Of a DNA stretch of 64,000 nt, positions 1 to 13,339 are shown piece by piece; position 1 is the first letter of the stretch; every line of letters starts with the position of its first letter. Made by a program: the position numbers and the translations under genes. Source of the stretch: Chrysomallon squamiferum (Eukaryota; Animalia; Mollusca); the NCBI GenBank assembly GCA_012295275.1, contig CM022673.1:22382001-22446000 (forward strand), given 5' to 3'. Below the pieces are notes generated by a model. That model saw only the letters and a program-made list of their open reading frames with translations, was not told the origin of the DNA and did no database searches.

Positions 1-17
1 GGCAAATATATATATAC

Positions 18-201
18 CCGTAGTACACGAACTTTTCACAGAAGATTCCTGTGTATTGGCTGAAACACAAACAGTAACCGTTTGTAGTCGGAGTACCGCC
101 ATTCTGACATGGCTGTTCCTGCAGACAAATTGAAATTATATGTCGATAGATGGATGAATATATATATGTTCGTAAGTATGCTTGTATGCATTTATGTATA
201 A

Positions 202-271
<70 letters not shown>

Positions 272-617
272 TTTGCATGTATGGTTAAGAAAACCTGCTA
301 CAATTAAAATATATTTATATTTTATTCTGTAAACAAATTTGTATGAATATTTTCATATAAAATGTCTATGTATTTAATCGAATTCAAATAGAGAAATCTT
401 TTGTAAATTATAAACAGCTTGAATATTTAGTCCTATTTACTGATAAAACAGGACGTCTGTTCTGTCCCAGGCTGTGAAGACGTGCTATCTTTCTGAAAAC
501 TACGATAGATCTTTTCTTTGAATCGATGAATGATGATTTTTTTTGTTAACTATCATATTTATTCTTTAATTCGTATATACATATATACATATTTATTTTT
601 CCTTTTTATTTATCTAT

Positions 618-656
<39 letters not shown>

Positions 657-1109
657 TATACTTGGGAACCTGAAACAAATAGGTGCACGAATTGTTCGCT
701 ATATTGCCCACACATCTCGTCCATGGATACAACGATGACAACGTGCACACACTGCGATCATCACTGCGACAGATGTTTGCAGACAAGCACCTGTCCTCGT
801 TAGAACATTCTACAATACACTCTGTATGACTAGATACCTGTAAGCAACAACTATTATAATGACAATTAATGTTATGCTATTACTACTACTATTATTATTA
901 TTACTACAGTTACTACTATTAGTACTGCTTCTGCTAGCACTACTGTTATTAATACCAATATCACTATCACTACAGCGACCACTATCACTTTTTCGCCAAC
1001 CTTTACTATTATTTGTTCCATTACTAGCAAAACTGTTACTATTACTATATCTACTACTATCACTACCATCATTAATATTATTACTAAAAACAAACAGAAA
1101 AAAATACAC

Positions 1110-1178
<69 letters not shown>

Positions 1179-1398
1179 CAATATTGGTTCGTACAAACGA
1201 GGTATCTCGGTTCAAAAAATTGCTAGTAAAATATAGTTCTGAATATATCACCTCAAAACTGAAAAGTATTGTGTTCACTGTTTGTTGATTTGGACAAACG
1301 TGAATCTGCTGACCTTTGTACAAATCTATGTCTGACTGTACATGGTTGAAGATGATTAATAACAAAGTCAGGGAACAAATCCACCACGTATTGGCCAT
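18..1398 (-). CDS. Secreted protein with signal peptide + PAN/apple-like domain + EGF-like domain (3 coding exons visible; gene appears to continue off the left edge)
   Basis: Exons 1398-1252 (MANTWWICSLTLLLIIFNHVQS-DIDLY...FSFE, signal-peptide-like), 837-670 (VSSHTECIVECSNEDRCLSANICRSDDRSVCTLSS...CTYLFQ, PAN-like Cys spacing) and 118-18 (EQPCQNGGTPTTNGYCLCFSQYTGIFCEK, EGF-like) join in frame through phase-0 GT-AG introns. The donor after 670 (GTTCCC) and the end at 18 are the least certain boundaries. Confidence 0.8.
202..268. repeat. (GT)n microsatellite (intronic)
   Basis: Direct reading. Other (GT)n tracts occur at about 5203-5262, 37087-37116 and 58108-58165. Confidence 0.95.
1112..1177. 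repeat. (AG)n microsatellite, preceded by degenerate (ACT/ATT)n low-complexity tract at about 860-1085
   Basis: Direct reading. Similar (AG/CT)n tracts occur at about 3772-3839, 31386-31426, 36154-36252, 60977-61063 and 63501-63583. Confidence 0.95.
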
Positions 1399-2385
1399 GC
1401 TCTGAAAAGGAAATAAAAACTCTGCGAGATAAAGAATATTTGTCTATCAATATTACAACAAATATACATTAATGTTAAGTATAAAACGATGATAAAGATT
1501 AAGAAAGGGAAACTGCTGCTAACACATTAATTAACAGTAAAATATCTAATATATTAAATCTACTAAAGGAAGCAAAATCTTTTACCAGGGCTTTCGATAC
1601 AAAACCACAAAGTACTGGTTGGAACTTGAAGTATAGAAACTGATTGAAATTTTGTATGTTTATTTTTTTATTATTCGAAGTCTGTAACCTTCATTTAAAT
1701 ACAAGTTGACACAATGTCTTTTGTGCCGTACTGGAATTAAATATTCACCACCCATCACAAACTGGGAGAATGTATACTGCCGATGACTCAGTGAGTAGAC
1801 AGGATAGTATCGGTGACATGCTGGAGTCAAAACCATCTAAGACTGAGTTTTACCTTCAATAATTACCTTTTAGCGCTGCATTTTTAACTGTACTTTTAAT
1901 ACTTGAGTATGTGTCTATATATGTTTATATACATACACGTATACACACATACGTACATACGCACATAGATTATTATCGATAGTTCATTGAATTACAAATT
2001 CATGTATTGACGCCGAATTCATTCATTTTTTTCATACATTAAGTCAGTCTGTTTCATTCATTCAATCACAGTCGTTCGTTTATATATTCAGTAAAACAAA
2101 ATAACAACGTTTGATAATGTACCGTAGGTAATATGCAATTCTTCTTCGACATATAAAAACTTTAAAACATACGACAGTTTGACAGACACTTTCTATAAGC
2201 ACTACTAGTTCTGTTCGTTGGTACTAATTTATATTTCTATCTACATATTTAGTTTAATATAAGTATGACATAGTAAGATATTTTATTTTTATGTTTTTTT
2301 TAATTTTTATTTTTATTTTTATTTTTATTTAGTACAATAAAACTAGTGATTCTGTTATGTAAAAAAGAAATCAAATCATCATAAT

Positions 2386-2465
<80 letters not shown>

Positions 2466-2531
2466 GTACGTGAACTCTGTCGGTATAATTCCTAATTCGT
2501 AAAAACAAAGATTCATTGTTTAAAAGGTTGT

Positions 2532-2665
2532 GTTGGTTTTGTTTTTATTTTCTATTCTATACAATATGATTTTATCCTTCGTTGGTTTTGTTTTTATTTT
2601 CTATTCTATACAATATGATTTTATCCTTCGTTGGTTTTATTTTTATTTTCTATACAATATGATTT
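2532..2665. repeat. 49-bp tandem repeat, about 2.7 copies
   Basis: GTTGGTTTTGTTTTTATTTTCTATTCTATACAATATGATTTTATCCTTC starts at 2532 and 2581, with a partial copy at 2630. Confidence 0.9.
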
Positions 2666-2714
2666 AAAAAAAGTTTAGATAATAAAGAGAAGTAGGAATT
2701 TGATTAAAACTTAC

Positions 2715-2790
2715 CTGTATAATTCTGTTTCTTGGAATGAGCAATCAATTAACAATGTGCCATATCACAGGTAACTGAAGAAGTTGTTCA
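2715..2790 (-). other. Possible non-coding 5' exon of the PAN-EGF gene
   Basis: Strong minus-strand donor ACAG|GTAAGT at 2715/2714. The ATG-containing exon is preceded by a polypyrimidine-CAG acceptor at 1404-1402, which implies an upstream UTR exon. The 5' boundary given is arbitrary. Confidence 0.35.
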
Positions 2791-3768
2791 GGAACAAAGA
2801 TGATGATATCGATTAGGTGATCAATAACATGCAATCGATAATACAAAATGCAGAAGAGATATTATGGATATGTATACTGCTGCAGCTACTCATATTACAA
2901 CAACAACAACTAGTGCTACTACTATTACCACTAGAACTCTTATTACTGCAACTAAACTTTAGAAAACATGGTTGTAAATAATACAAATCAGTCGTCTTTT
3001 TAAATTTTATTATTATTCTTTCTTTATTTATTTTAGTCATGTTGTATTTTAATATATCCATCAGAAAATAGACAGTTTAAATACAATTGTATCCGTCGTT
3101 TCTATATTACATCAATATCTATTGGTGAGTTATAATATTTTCTTTTTTTTTTTTTTTTTTATAGATAACAATATATTTATTTTCTTCTTCTTTTTCTTCA
3201 TTATATATTTATTCATTTGCTTTCTTCTTCTACTTCTTCTTACTATTATTATTTGCAACGGTTCAAAATAAATAAAGAAACAAATAATCAAATAATATAA
3301 GAATATATACTAAATGTTATTTAAGTGGTTGAACTAAATACATGAAAAGTATTTCAACGTTTCACTTGCCTGATGTATTTACTCAGTTATCAGATTATGT
3401 TTTGGAGTATCAAACCTCACCACTAATGTTTTTATGTTTTGTTTTTTTTCTTTTTTAAATCAGGTTTTTGTGCTCTGCTGCACTCTAAAATATTGACAAT
3501 CGAAGATACCATTCTTTCTCTTTGACATTTGTTAGGTTTTTAGGTTATAAATTAGACAGATTAACAACTAGAATTTTTTTAACACGTATTCCTATCTTTT
3601 AATGGCATATGTTTTTTTTTATTATTGTATTATTTTAATTTTAATTTTTTAAATTTAGGCAGAGAAAAATACAATAAATCAAAAGCCCATGTATTATAAC
3701 ATTAACGACAGCAACAGTTAAATAAATAAATAAATAAATATTCAAGCTAAAGAATCGAAGATGTTGAT

Positions 3769-3848
<80 letters not shown>

Positions 3849-4894
3849 ATTTTTATATTAATATTAAGGGTTATTATATGTAAAAGATAATTTAGCAAAA
3901 GTATATTAATTATTCATCGTCACCAATGAATATCAGCATATATGCAATTGTTTATTTGTATTATTCTATTACTAATATAGCTGTAAATGATATTAAATCC
4001 TGATAATTAATGTTCTTACACAGAAATTCATTTGAAGTATCAGTTACTGCATTTATGTATTAATACTTTTAAAACAAAATACAAAAATACAAGAAAAGAA
4101 AGCAAAAATATGGAAAAAGTAAAAGAATAGAGGAACTCCTTTCCGAATTTCCGTCGTGGCGGATGTATTCAAGTGAAAATATCTGATGCTGATACATGCA
4201 ACTCGGAAGTACACTATATTCCTTTTTATAATTAGTTAATAAAAATAAAACGAGATAGAGAAAATATTATTTGATAAATGTTATTTCTAAAAAAGTGGTT
4301 TATAAATTTTCTTTTTAAGGAGAAGAAGAAAATATTTCTTCAGGTGCATGTTTATTTATAGTTCACGCAAACAAATATAAATTATAAAAGAAAAGAATAT
4401 TAAAAAGTTTTTACGTTATAGACACAATGACAAAATAACTACAATTTATCAGTATAATGATAAGATAATATTTGAAAAGATCGAAGATGATAATTATAAA
4501 GAAAAAAATAAAAATAAAATAAATAAATAAATAAATTTAAAAATTTAAAAAGAAATTTGCCGGAAGCAGGCAATAATCTCTAAAAGATTATTTTTAGCAA
4601 TTCAAACATATTTTCTTTTGATTAAATAAATAAATAAATATCATTAAATAGTAATTTCATTACAATTAAAAATATTAATAAGTGAAGTACATGAAAGTTT
4701 CATTTCCCGCCCACTTTAAATACCCTTCTAGTGTTTATCGGCCAGAACTACTTTTAAAAGTGTATAAGTTTCAAATGATGAAATTAGTTATTGTTGTTTT
4801 TTTTTTTTTTTTGTGAGTCCTTTTTTGCTGAAATATTGCTAAAATAACTGGATAAGAATAAAACATAAATATAGAATCTTGGTTAATTTGTCTC

Positions 4895-5190
4895 ATGGAG
4901 GATTCTGACAGGAGCAGTTTTCAATCGTTAACATCATCTCAGTTGCTGGTTGGCCGTGCAAAGAAGAAAAGAGTGTTAATGGGTGGTGTCGTCGGTTTCT
5001 TGGCTGGCGCCATCATAATTGGTATTGCAGTTGGGTTACCTTTGTCGATGCATTCTGCAGATAAAGGAGAATCATTTCTGCTTGGGCCCGATGGGCTGGC
5101 AGTAAAACCTGGTTCTGCTTTGTACAAGGTGATTCAACTGCTGAAAAAATACCCATTGATTGATGGGTAGGTGCAGAATATTTTATAAAG

Positions 5191-5266
<76 letters not shown>

Positions 5267-8200
5267 ATTTTCTTTCTTTCTTTAGTCTTTCTTTCTTTTT
5301 TTTTTAAATTTTAATTTGATCTTCGGACAACCAGATTTACAAGGCATTATTATTTGGGTTATATTTTATTTTTTTAAAGATTTTCGGTGGCGGGTGTTAA
5401 AGGGTACTTTTGTGGATTAAAAGATTTAAAGAAATAATCAAAATGTATTCTGCACACTTCCAAGTTATGATTTATTTATTTATTTGTTTGCTTTTTGTTT
5501 TGTATTATTATTTATTATTTTATTTTAAATTTTTTATAGTCCACCCTTAATGAATTGAAGATAAATCGCTCAAAACAGTAAATTTATAACTAGACATAAA
5601 GAATTTTATTTGTACAATCAGGGGTGAAGTATTTCAAATAGTATTTGTGAGTAAATACATTGTATTTTTTTATTTTATTACAGTCACAACGATTTGGCAC
5701 TGCAGTATAAAAGACATGTTAAAAATCAAGTGTACAGCACGAATCTATATAACGACATGCGAAAGAAATGGAAAGATATTCAGACTGACATACCTCGTTT
5801 ACAAACTGGAAGAGTAGGAGCACAGGTATATGTATATATATAAAATTATATGTTTATGTATAGAATGTAATTGCTTTAAAACAAATACCATTCAGCAGCT
5901 TCAGCCTTAATAATAATAATACAGAGTGTGTTTAATAGCAGATGTAGTTAGTAGAATTGAGAATTGTAAACTTTCTTTATTTAACTGTAATGTTTACAGA
6001 TACGGCCTGAAGCTTGATTCCATTGCAGTTCCTCAGTTCCTGTATCATACATTACCTCCAACACTGGTTTTCACACTAGCTTTCATGTCATTGGGAAAGA
6101 CAAGATGAAAGATCTTTTGCTGCTAATGAATAAAAGTAACAGGAATTTTTTTTTTCCATTAATAATAATAATAATAATAACAATAATAATAAATGTATTT
6201 GACCCCTAATATTATTTAAAATTAAAATATACTAAAACAAGTATTTTGCTCTGATTACTTGCAGTTCTGGGCTATCTTTGCTGACTGTGACTCACAGCAT
6301 AAGGATGCTCTACGTCAAGCCATTGAACAAACTGACATCATAAAGAAGATGATTAAAAAATATCCCAATGTCTTCCACTTTGCTATAACAGCACAAGGTA
6401 GATCTCTTTCTAATTTTATTTGACATAATTTGTTTTTATAATTAGAATTTCCATTACCTTCCTGAATTAATTTTTTTAAACTTTTATTTCCCATAAATAC
6501 AGATAGTTTATAAAATATTAATCCTCTTACAAACAGATTGAAACAATGATTCAAGTCGGTTCCTGCTATATCATCCATAAACAATTATTGTTTGGTCAAA
6601 TTATACCAATTAAACTAATTATTACAAATTTTTATTTTTGTTCTGTAGACCTTAGTTTATCTTGAAACAGAGCTTGCAACATTTATTTATTCACTCACTC
6701 GCTCACTCACTCACTCACTCATTTATTTATTTATTTATTTTTAAAGTAACAGTTATTTCTATTCAGTCAGTATTTATCTTCATAACGAAAATATTATATC
6801 TTGAGGTTAAAAGCAGAAATAAAATGTTAGGAGATATTGCAAATATGAACACAAAACACTTACACCTCCAGAAATGTATTAAAATACATAGAATATTGTA
6901 GACAGTCCTACATCAAAAATATTCTTTACTTTTAAATGTGAAAATAATATAATTTTCTTTAATTTTGATGTAGGTATATTGGATGTGTATAAGAATGGAA
7001 AAATTGCAAGTCTACTTGGTCTAGAGGGAGGTCACTGTATTGACAGTAGTCTGGGAACTCTGAGGATGTTTTATGATCTTGGAATTAGATATATGTCATT
7101 AACACATGACTGTAACACACCCTGGTAAATGTGTTGGTTAATACATTAACATTTACACTGATGTTATAAAATATATTGCAAATCTATTGGTATATGCTAC
7201 AACATAAACTGAAGAAATATAGGTCTCTCTTGCAATATATATATATTTTTTTGTTTGTTTTTTGTAATTTGTTATGAAAACATTACAAATATAAAGATGA
7301 TAATATTCCTTGACACCTAAAATATTTTTACTTAATTCCTTTAAATACTATTTTTGTAATAAAATAAAAAATTAAATAATAAAGGAATACGTATTATTTC
7401 ATCTACAAAATAAATTTGAAAACTAGTAAAATACAATATTTATTTTTCTAAATATATATTTAGGGCTGAGAGCTGGATTGTGGACACGAAAAACACCTCT
7501 GAATTTGATGGGTTAACATCATTTGGTGAGGTAAGTTTGTGTTATTATTAGTAGCTGAGTTTTTTTTAGGTTAGGAGATGCATGGAACGGAAGATGACAA
7601 AATAAAATTTTAAAATTACATGTTTACATTGGTTAATGGATAACATGTCACTTCAGACATATTACATACACAGCTACCACTCAAAGAGGACTTACCAACA
7701 TTAAGCATGTCATCATATGACCAATCAAAAATTGCAGTGGAGCAGAAATGTTTACAATTAGTAAAAAAAAAACGTTTATGTATTTCTTACTGAGTGTGCA
7801 GACATTTTAATAAAATTAATGAATTTTGCTAAAGTAGCTGTCAACTTTATCCTGCAGTATGTCTGTATCTAGACCAGATGTCACCATGCAATTTTTTTCA
7901 TCCTCACTTAATTTGAAAATTTCTGATCACCCAAGAAGTTTCTGCTAGATATGACATCATTAATTCATGCAGAATTTCTTTTTATAAACTGGTATATATC
8001 ATGGACAGCTGAACTTCATAAATCATTATATCTCAATCTATATGGAACATATGAAAAAAAACACCCAAAACTAATAAAAAAATACATTGATAAAATTTGA
8101 TTTTATTAGAAATAAATTAATGGACTTGATTTTTATCATATCAGTTAAGATAAGTTAATATAAAGTGTGTACAAAAGCTGTTTTATATTGTGAAATACCT

Positions 8201-10256
8201 GTGTTACAGAAAGTTATAAAAGAAATGAATCGACTTGGAATGTTGATTGATTTATCTCATGTGTCAAAAGGGACAATGAAAGATGCTATTATTTTGTCAG
8301 CTGCTCCAGTTATTTTCAGCCATAGCTCTTCCTTCTCTGTTTGCAATCATCATCGCAATGTGCAAGATGACATTCTACAGATGCTGGTAAATCGCTATTT
8401 TTATTCACACTGTAATTATGTCTGTGCCACTTTTCATGTATTTTTAATGCTTTTTAAGATAGTTTGAAAGTTAATATTTAAGGCAACTTGCTCTCACAAA
8501 AAGTACATAATTATAAACATTCTTTTTTATAATTTGGTTTATAGTCATTTATTATTTTTTAAAGTATTATTAATAAATTATTTGAATTATCATTATTATT
8601 TATTACAATTACAGAAAACCAATAAAGGTATTGTGATGATAAATTTCCACAGTGATTACATCAACTGTCCACCAAATAACCAGTCTAAAACCACACTGAA
8701 CCAGGTTATAAGTAAGTATCAGTTACTTTCTGAATCAGTAACTAAACCTACACTGACCCGAGTTATAAGTATCAGTTACTTTCTGAATCAGTGACTAAAC
8801 ATACATTGATCCAAGTTATAAGGAAGTATCAGTTACTTTCTGAATCAGTGACTAAACATACATTGATCCGAGTTATAAGGAAGTATCAGTTACTTTCTGA
8901 ATCAGTGACTAAACCTACACTGGTCTGAGTTACAAATAAGTGTTACATCCTACACTAAGATATGGGTTGAAAGAAACAGCTCTGTATAATGACTTGGTGT
9001 AAACATAGTTCAGTGATGTAGGACTAATCGTGTTAAGGCATTATGTAAACTATAGTTTTTCTACATATATATTACTGCTTGATTAATTTTTGACAAATAA
9101 TTTTCATTCTTGTTCCACATTTAATTGCTTTCAGAAATTTTTATAACCTTCCTATTTTCATTAATGTTATATCTTCCATATTGTAATATAGTTTATAATT
9201 CACAATCCTAAAGAGATGAGATAAATGTATGCAAAATATGTAAATGCTATTTGTATTAATTTATAAGAAGAGTTAATATGCCATTTTATAAGTTTTCTAT
9301 AAAAAGCATATTTTATCCAGTATTGATCATGAAACCTGAATGAATTTACCAAGATATTTGCTGCAAATATGAAATAAGAATTTTGATTCTTTACTGAAAA
9401 TGTATTGTAGAAATAGTCCTATCTGTAATTTTCAGATCACATTGAATACATCAAGAATCTGATTGGAGTTGACCATATTGGAATAGGGGCCAATTACGAT
9501 GGTACTGAAAGGTTGGTAAAACATTTTTTTAAAAATAGGTTTTTAAAAAATCAACAAAAAAACAATATATATATATATATTAATGTTTTGAGTATCTGTC
9601 ACAATTTCACATTGTATTTGCATGTTTCATTATGTCACTTATCTATTTGTGATATTTTACAGGCTGCCAGAAAACTTGGAAGATGTCTCTAAATATCCCT
9701 ACTTGTTTACGTCATTGATGGCCAGGGGATGGTCTAACGAAGATCTCATGAAAATAGCTGGACAAAATTTTATGAGGGTTTTCAAGGAAGCTGAAAAGGT
9801 AATAGTTCATTTGGTGGAATAATGCCAGAAAATATGTTTGATCTCTTTGCAAATGAAACATGTTTGATTTCATAATTTCCACTGTACAGCTTTATAGCAT
9901 AGCATTTTAATTTTCACTTTTTACTTTTAAAGAGTCATTTCACTATTCACGTAAAGTAATATGGTAGATAATCTCAAAAATATAGATGTTGTTTAATAAA
10001 ACTATTATCACCTCCAGATAACTTAATAAATTATCAAAATTTTGCATGGTTATAAATATTCATCCACATTTTAAAAAAGACAAACTGTTGGAAGAATTAA
10101 TACTGTTTATGCATTACTTAATTATGAAAAAAATGCTTTCATTAATAAATTTATTACTGTTAACAGGTACGAGATGAAATGGCCAACATTCATCCCTGTG
10201 AAGATCTTATTTCGGAGTCATCTGTAGCTAATGAAACATGCAGAACACCATTTTAA
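4895..10256 (+). CDS. DPEP1-like: Membrane dipeptidase (peptidase M19, renal dipeptidase/DPEP1-like), 10 exons, 446 aa
   Basis: Exons 4895-5166, 5684-5825, 6265-6397, 6974-7124, 7464-7530, 8210-8386, 8615-8711, 9436-9511, 9663-9798 and 10167-10256 are all GT-AG and total 1341 nt in frame to TAA. Family motifs: [98 protein letters not shown]. Confidence 0.97.
8685..8940. repeat. 57-bp tandem repeat (about 4.5 copies) spanning the dipeptidase exon 7 / intron 7 junction
   Basis: Units start at 8685, 8742, 8795, 8852 and 8909. Core GTATCAGTTACTTTCTGAATCAGT. The first unit includes the last ~27 nt of exon 7 and the GTAAGT donor. Confidence 0.92.
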
Positions 10257-13200
10257 TGCACTTTTTATTATTGTTTTAGTTGATCAATAATTAAAACAAT
10301 TTTACCAGAGAAAACTTTTGTTCTGTCAAATAGCTCAATAAATTACATTATTATTATTTTTTAATATATTGATCTTAAATGACAAAAAACTAAAATAAAA
10401 TAATAATAAAATGCAGTGTTTTTCAGAAATAAAGTGCTGTCATAAAGTTTTATGAAGAATAGCCACATTTTTGATGCCAAATTTTTCATCTAATTCAGAT
10501 TTTGTATTGGTACCTTCACATTACCATTTAATTTGTTGAGTTTTGACAGTGGAACGTAAATAGTAAATAATTTTTATCTTTTTCATTTAATCTGTTTTTG
10601 ACACTGATTATATATTTTCATTGGTTTGAATGTTGTGAGGTGTTCATAGTGTCATCATTTTACTTTACTGTTTTGCTGTCAGAATTAAAATGAATATTTT
10701 TGCTTCTGTTTAACAGCATGTTTTGTATATGTCTGTACAATGTCTCGAATACATTAATGAAAATATTCTTATTCTAATTTTTTTTTTTATATCCATATAT
10801 AAGTGAAGCTTATTAATAGTTGAAGGGTTTAGAGATGGCAGAACAAGGGTGGTTGAAACAGACTAGCTAGACCATTAAAATTTTACGTGTAGCATTAACA
10901 AGAGATCTTGTCTTGTAGCAGGTCCTCTAAAACATTACTGTAAAAAGTATACATGATATAGAAATATCACTGAACTTTTACTTCACAACCAAATGAAAAG
11001 TTATTTCTTTTGAGTATTATATTTAACCGTATTAGAAACAAACTAAGATATGCATGATGAGTTATAAATTATTTGTTATTTCTATGTTTTATATTTGATT
11101 GTTTTTATATAATTTCAAAAAAAACAAAACAAAAAACCCCAAAGACATACATAAAAATAACAGATGGATTTTTGGAAATTGAAATATAACTAAAATATCC
11201 AGAGAAAATATTTGACTTCTTATTAAGAATGAAAAAAAAGAGAAAAAGTCAAAAAAAAATTTCAAATCTTTTATATGACCACAATGAAAATTTCACTACA
11301 AAAATATAATATCACTCCTTAAATCCATTAGATCATTTTAATTTCCTTGTATCTCAAAAATAATCAGTATTCCATTAAACAGAATTAAATTCGGAACTTA
11401 AATTTCACCTTGCTTATTTACAAAATCTAAATATTTTCAATTAGCCTATGCACCCAAGAACATGACCAGTGCAAAACAAATCCATGTAAAAACAAACTTC
11501 ACAGCCAACATGACTGAAGAAGTAATTGCATTGGCTGACAAACACGCTTTTCATGTAATTTTTGTTTCTTTACATTATATTTAGCTTTCCTTAAAATGTT
11601 TGAAAGACTTCATCTTTTACACTGACACAAATTGTTCTTTGTAGATTGTACTTCAGATGTTCAAATCTGCTTTGAGTAAAAAGATGTTTTAAGGTAATCA
11701 AGGTGAAATTCAAGATGTCATAACATAATTGTTCTGATCAAATAATGCCCTAAATACAAACATATAAAACAATGCATTTCATACTATACCTGTGTTTGAT
11801 GTTAGCACTGCCTTACTTTAAAAACAAAATCATTTTAATATGCATACAGTGATGATCCCATCTCATTTTTAGAAAAGATTTACTATTTTAGATGAATATT
11901 CAGTAACCAGCTGAATATTTAACTTACTTTGTATGTGTACAAATCTTTTACAAATCACAAATTACAACAAGAAAAAAAAAGAAGTAAAAAAGTTAATTTT
12001 TTTTAAAAATCCAACAGCATGTCCCATAAATAAATCAGTTTAAAATTAAAGTAAAAATAGACTCTTTAAATATTTTTATATACTGAATGACTAATTTAGA
12101 TCTGACCCATTACTGTACAACTTATAAGTTAATAAATTTGGCTGATACCAAAACTAATCTAAAAGAACTTATTTTTACAAAAGTAATAATAATTGAGAAA
12201 ATGTTTAAAATAAGATTTAAAAAAAAAAAATGAAGAATTTAAAAAAATAAATTTCAATGTTCTTTTATCAATTTTTTTTACTTATTTGTTATTTATGTTA
12301 AAATATATCAAAACTGTTAATGTGGAAAAATATATATTCATATTAATATTTGTCATTGTCTATATGGATGTTACTGTGTTTGTCTATTTAAACAATAATA
12401 AAAATAAATAATGAAAATGAAGTTAAAAAAAAGTTTTTTCAGTACTTTTATAATCTAATGAAGCATTAAACACAAAAGTAATAAATGAATAGGAAAAAAT
12501 TATTGATTAAAATCAAAACAATTTAAACAGATTACATTACAATCTGATATTCTATATTGGAACAAGATTTCTCAGCATTCATTCTATGTACGCACAATTC
12601 ATAATCTGATATTAAGGAACATTCATATCAGTATTTGTACATCATACAAGGCAGATAAATGTGGATGGCCAATCAAAACACATGACACATAAATTATATT
12701 TTCCAATCACAGCAATAACAACTTAATAAGCCAGTTACAATCAGTCAGCTAGATTTTGTCAGTCATACTTACACACAAGAGGAAACAAAAATTAAGCTCA
12801 CAATTCTAACTTTCTGTTGCATTGAAACATAACATGAAAGACAAATGCTAAAGTTTATTATGTGAAATACGCATAAATATGTTAATTGTTATGTTATTAT
12901 CTATTAAGAGGGATGATGTGAATATAATTACCATTTAAATTAAAAAAACTTGTTATGTAACTTTTCTATTAAAACTGCTTTATACATAATTCTGCAACTG
13001 CATCATAATAATCTAAAAGAAAGAAAAAAATAATAATAATACCTAAAATTAAAAATTAGTGAAAAAGAAATGCTAAAATACATTTAAAGAGACAGTAAAG
13101 CTTTAAAACAGTAAGTTACATAACCTTGAAATTCGTAAAATAACTAAATAAAATACATTTAAAGAAACAAATGAGGCCAAAGAAATATAAATTCTGATGA

Positions 13201-13308
13201 AAGTTATTTATGTCACTGAAGTTTTATAAATGATTACCATGACAACTGGTAAAACTGTCAGGCACTGTGGAATTATAATGAATTTTGAGAATTTGAAAAT
13301 TTAATTTA

Positions 13309-13339
<31 letters not shown>

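Noticed and set aside
810-1236. ORFs rich in L, S, N or RE repeats (810-1196, 859-1236, 872-1093), and similar ORFs at 150-332, 3641-3898, 27388-27585, 36113-36367, 38983-39165, 47538-47744, 48804-49052, 57979-58305, 58732-59010 and 59547-61092
   Set aside because: They are translations of microsatellites or low-complexity tracts, with no domain signal or splice support.
1778-1850. Possible tRNA or tRNA-derived SINE head (TGACTCAGTGAGTAG ... GGAGTCAAAACC resembling A and B boxes)
   Set aside because: Boxes are degenerate, with no cloverleaf, tail or second copy in the window.
4939-6584. Minus-strand ORFs 4939-5127 and 6315-6584
   Set aside because: Antisense shadows of dipeptidase exons.
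8685-8940. Regularly spaced repeats resembling a CRISPR array
   Set aside because: The intervening segments are homologous to each other, so this is a plain tandem repeat. The context is a eukaryotic intron with no cas genes.
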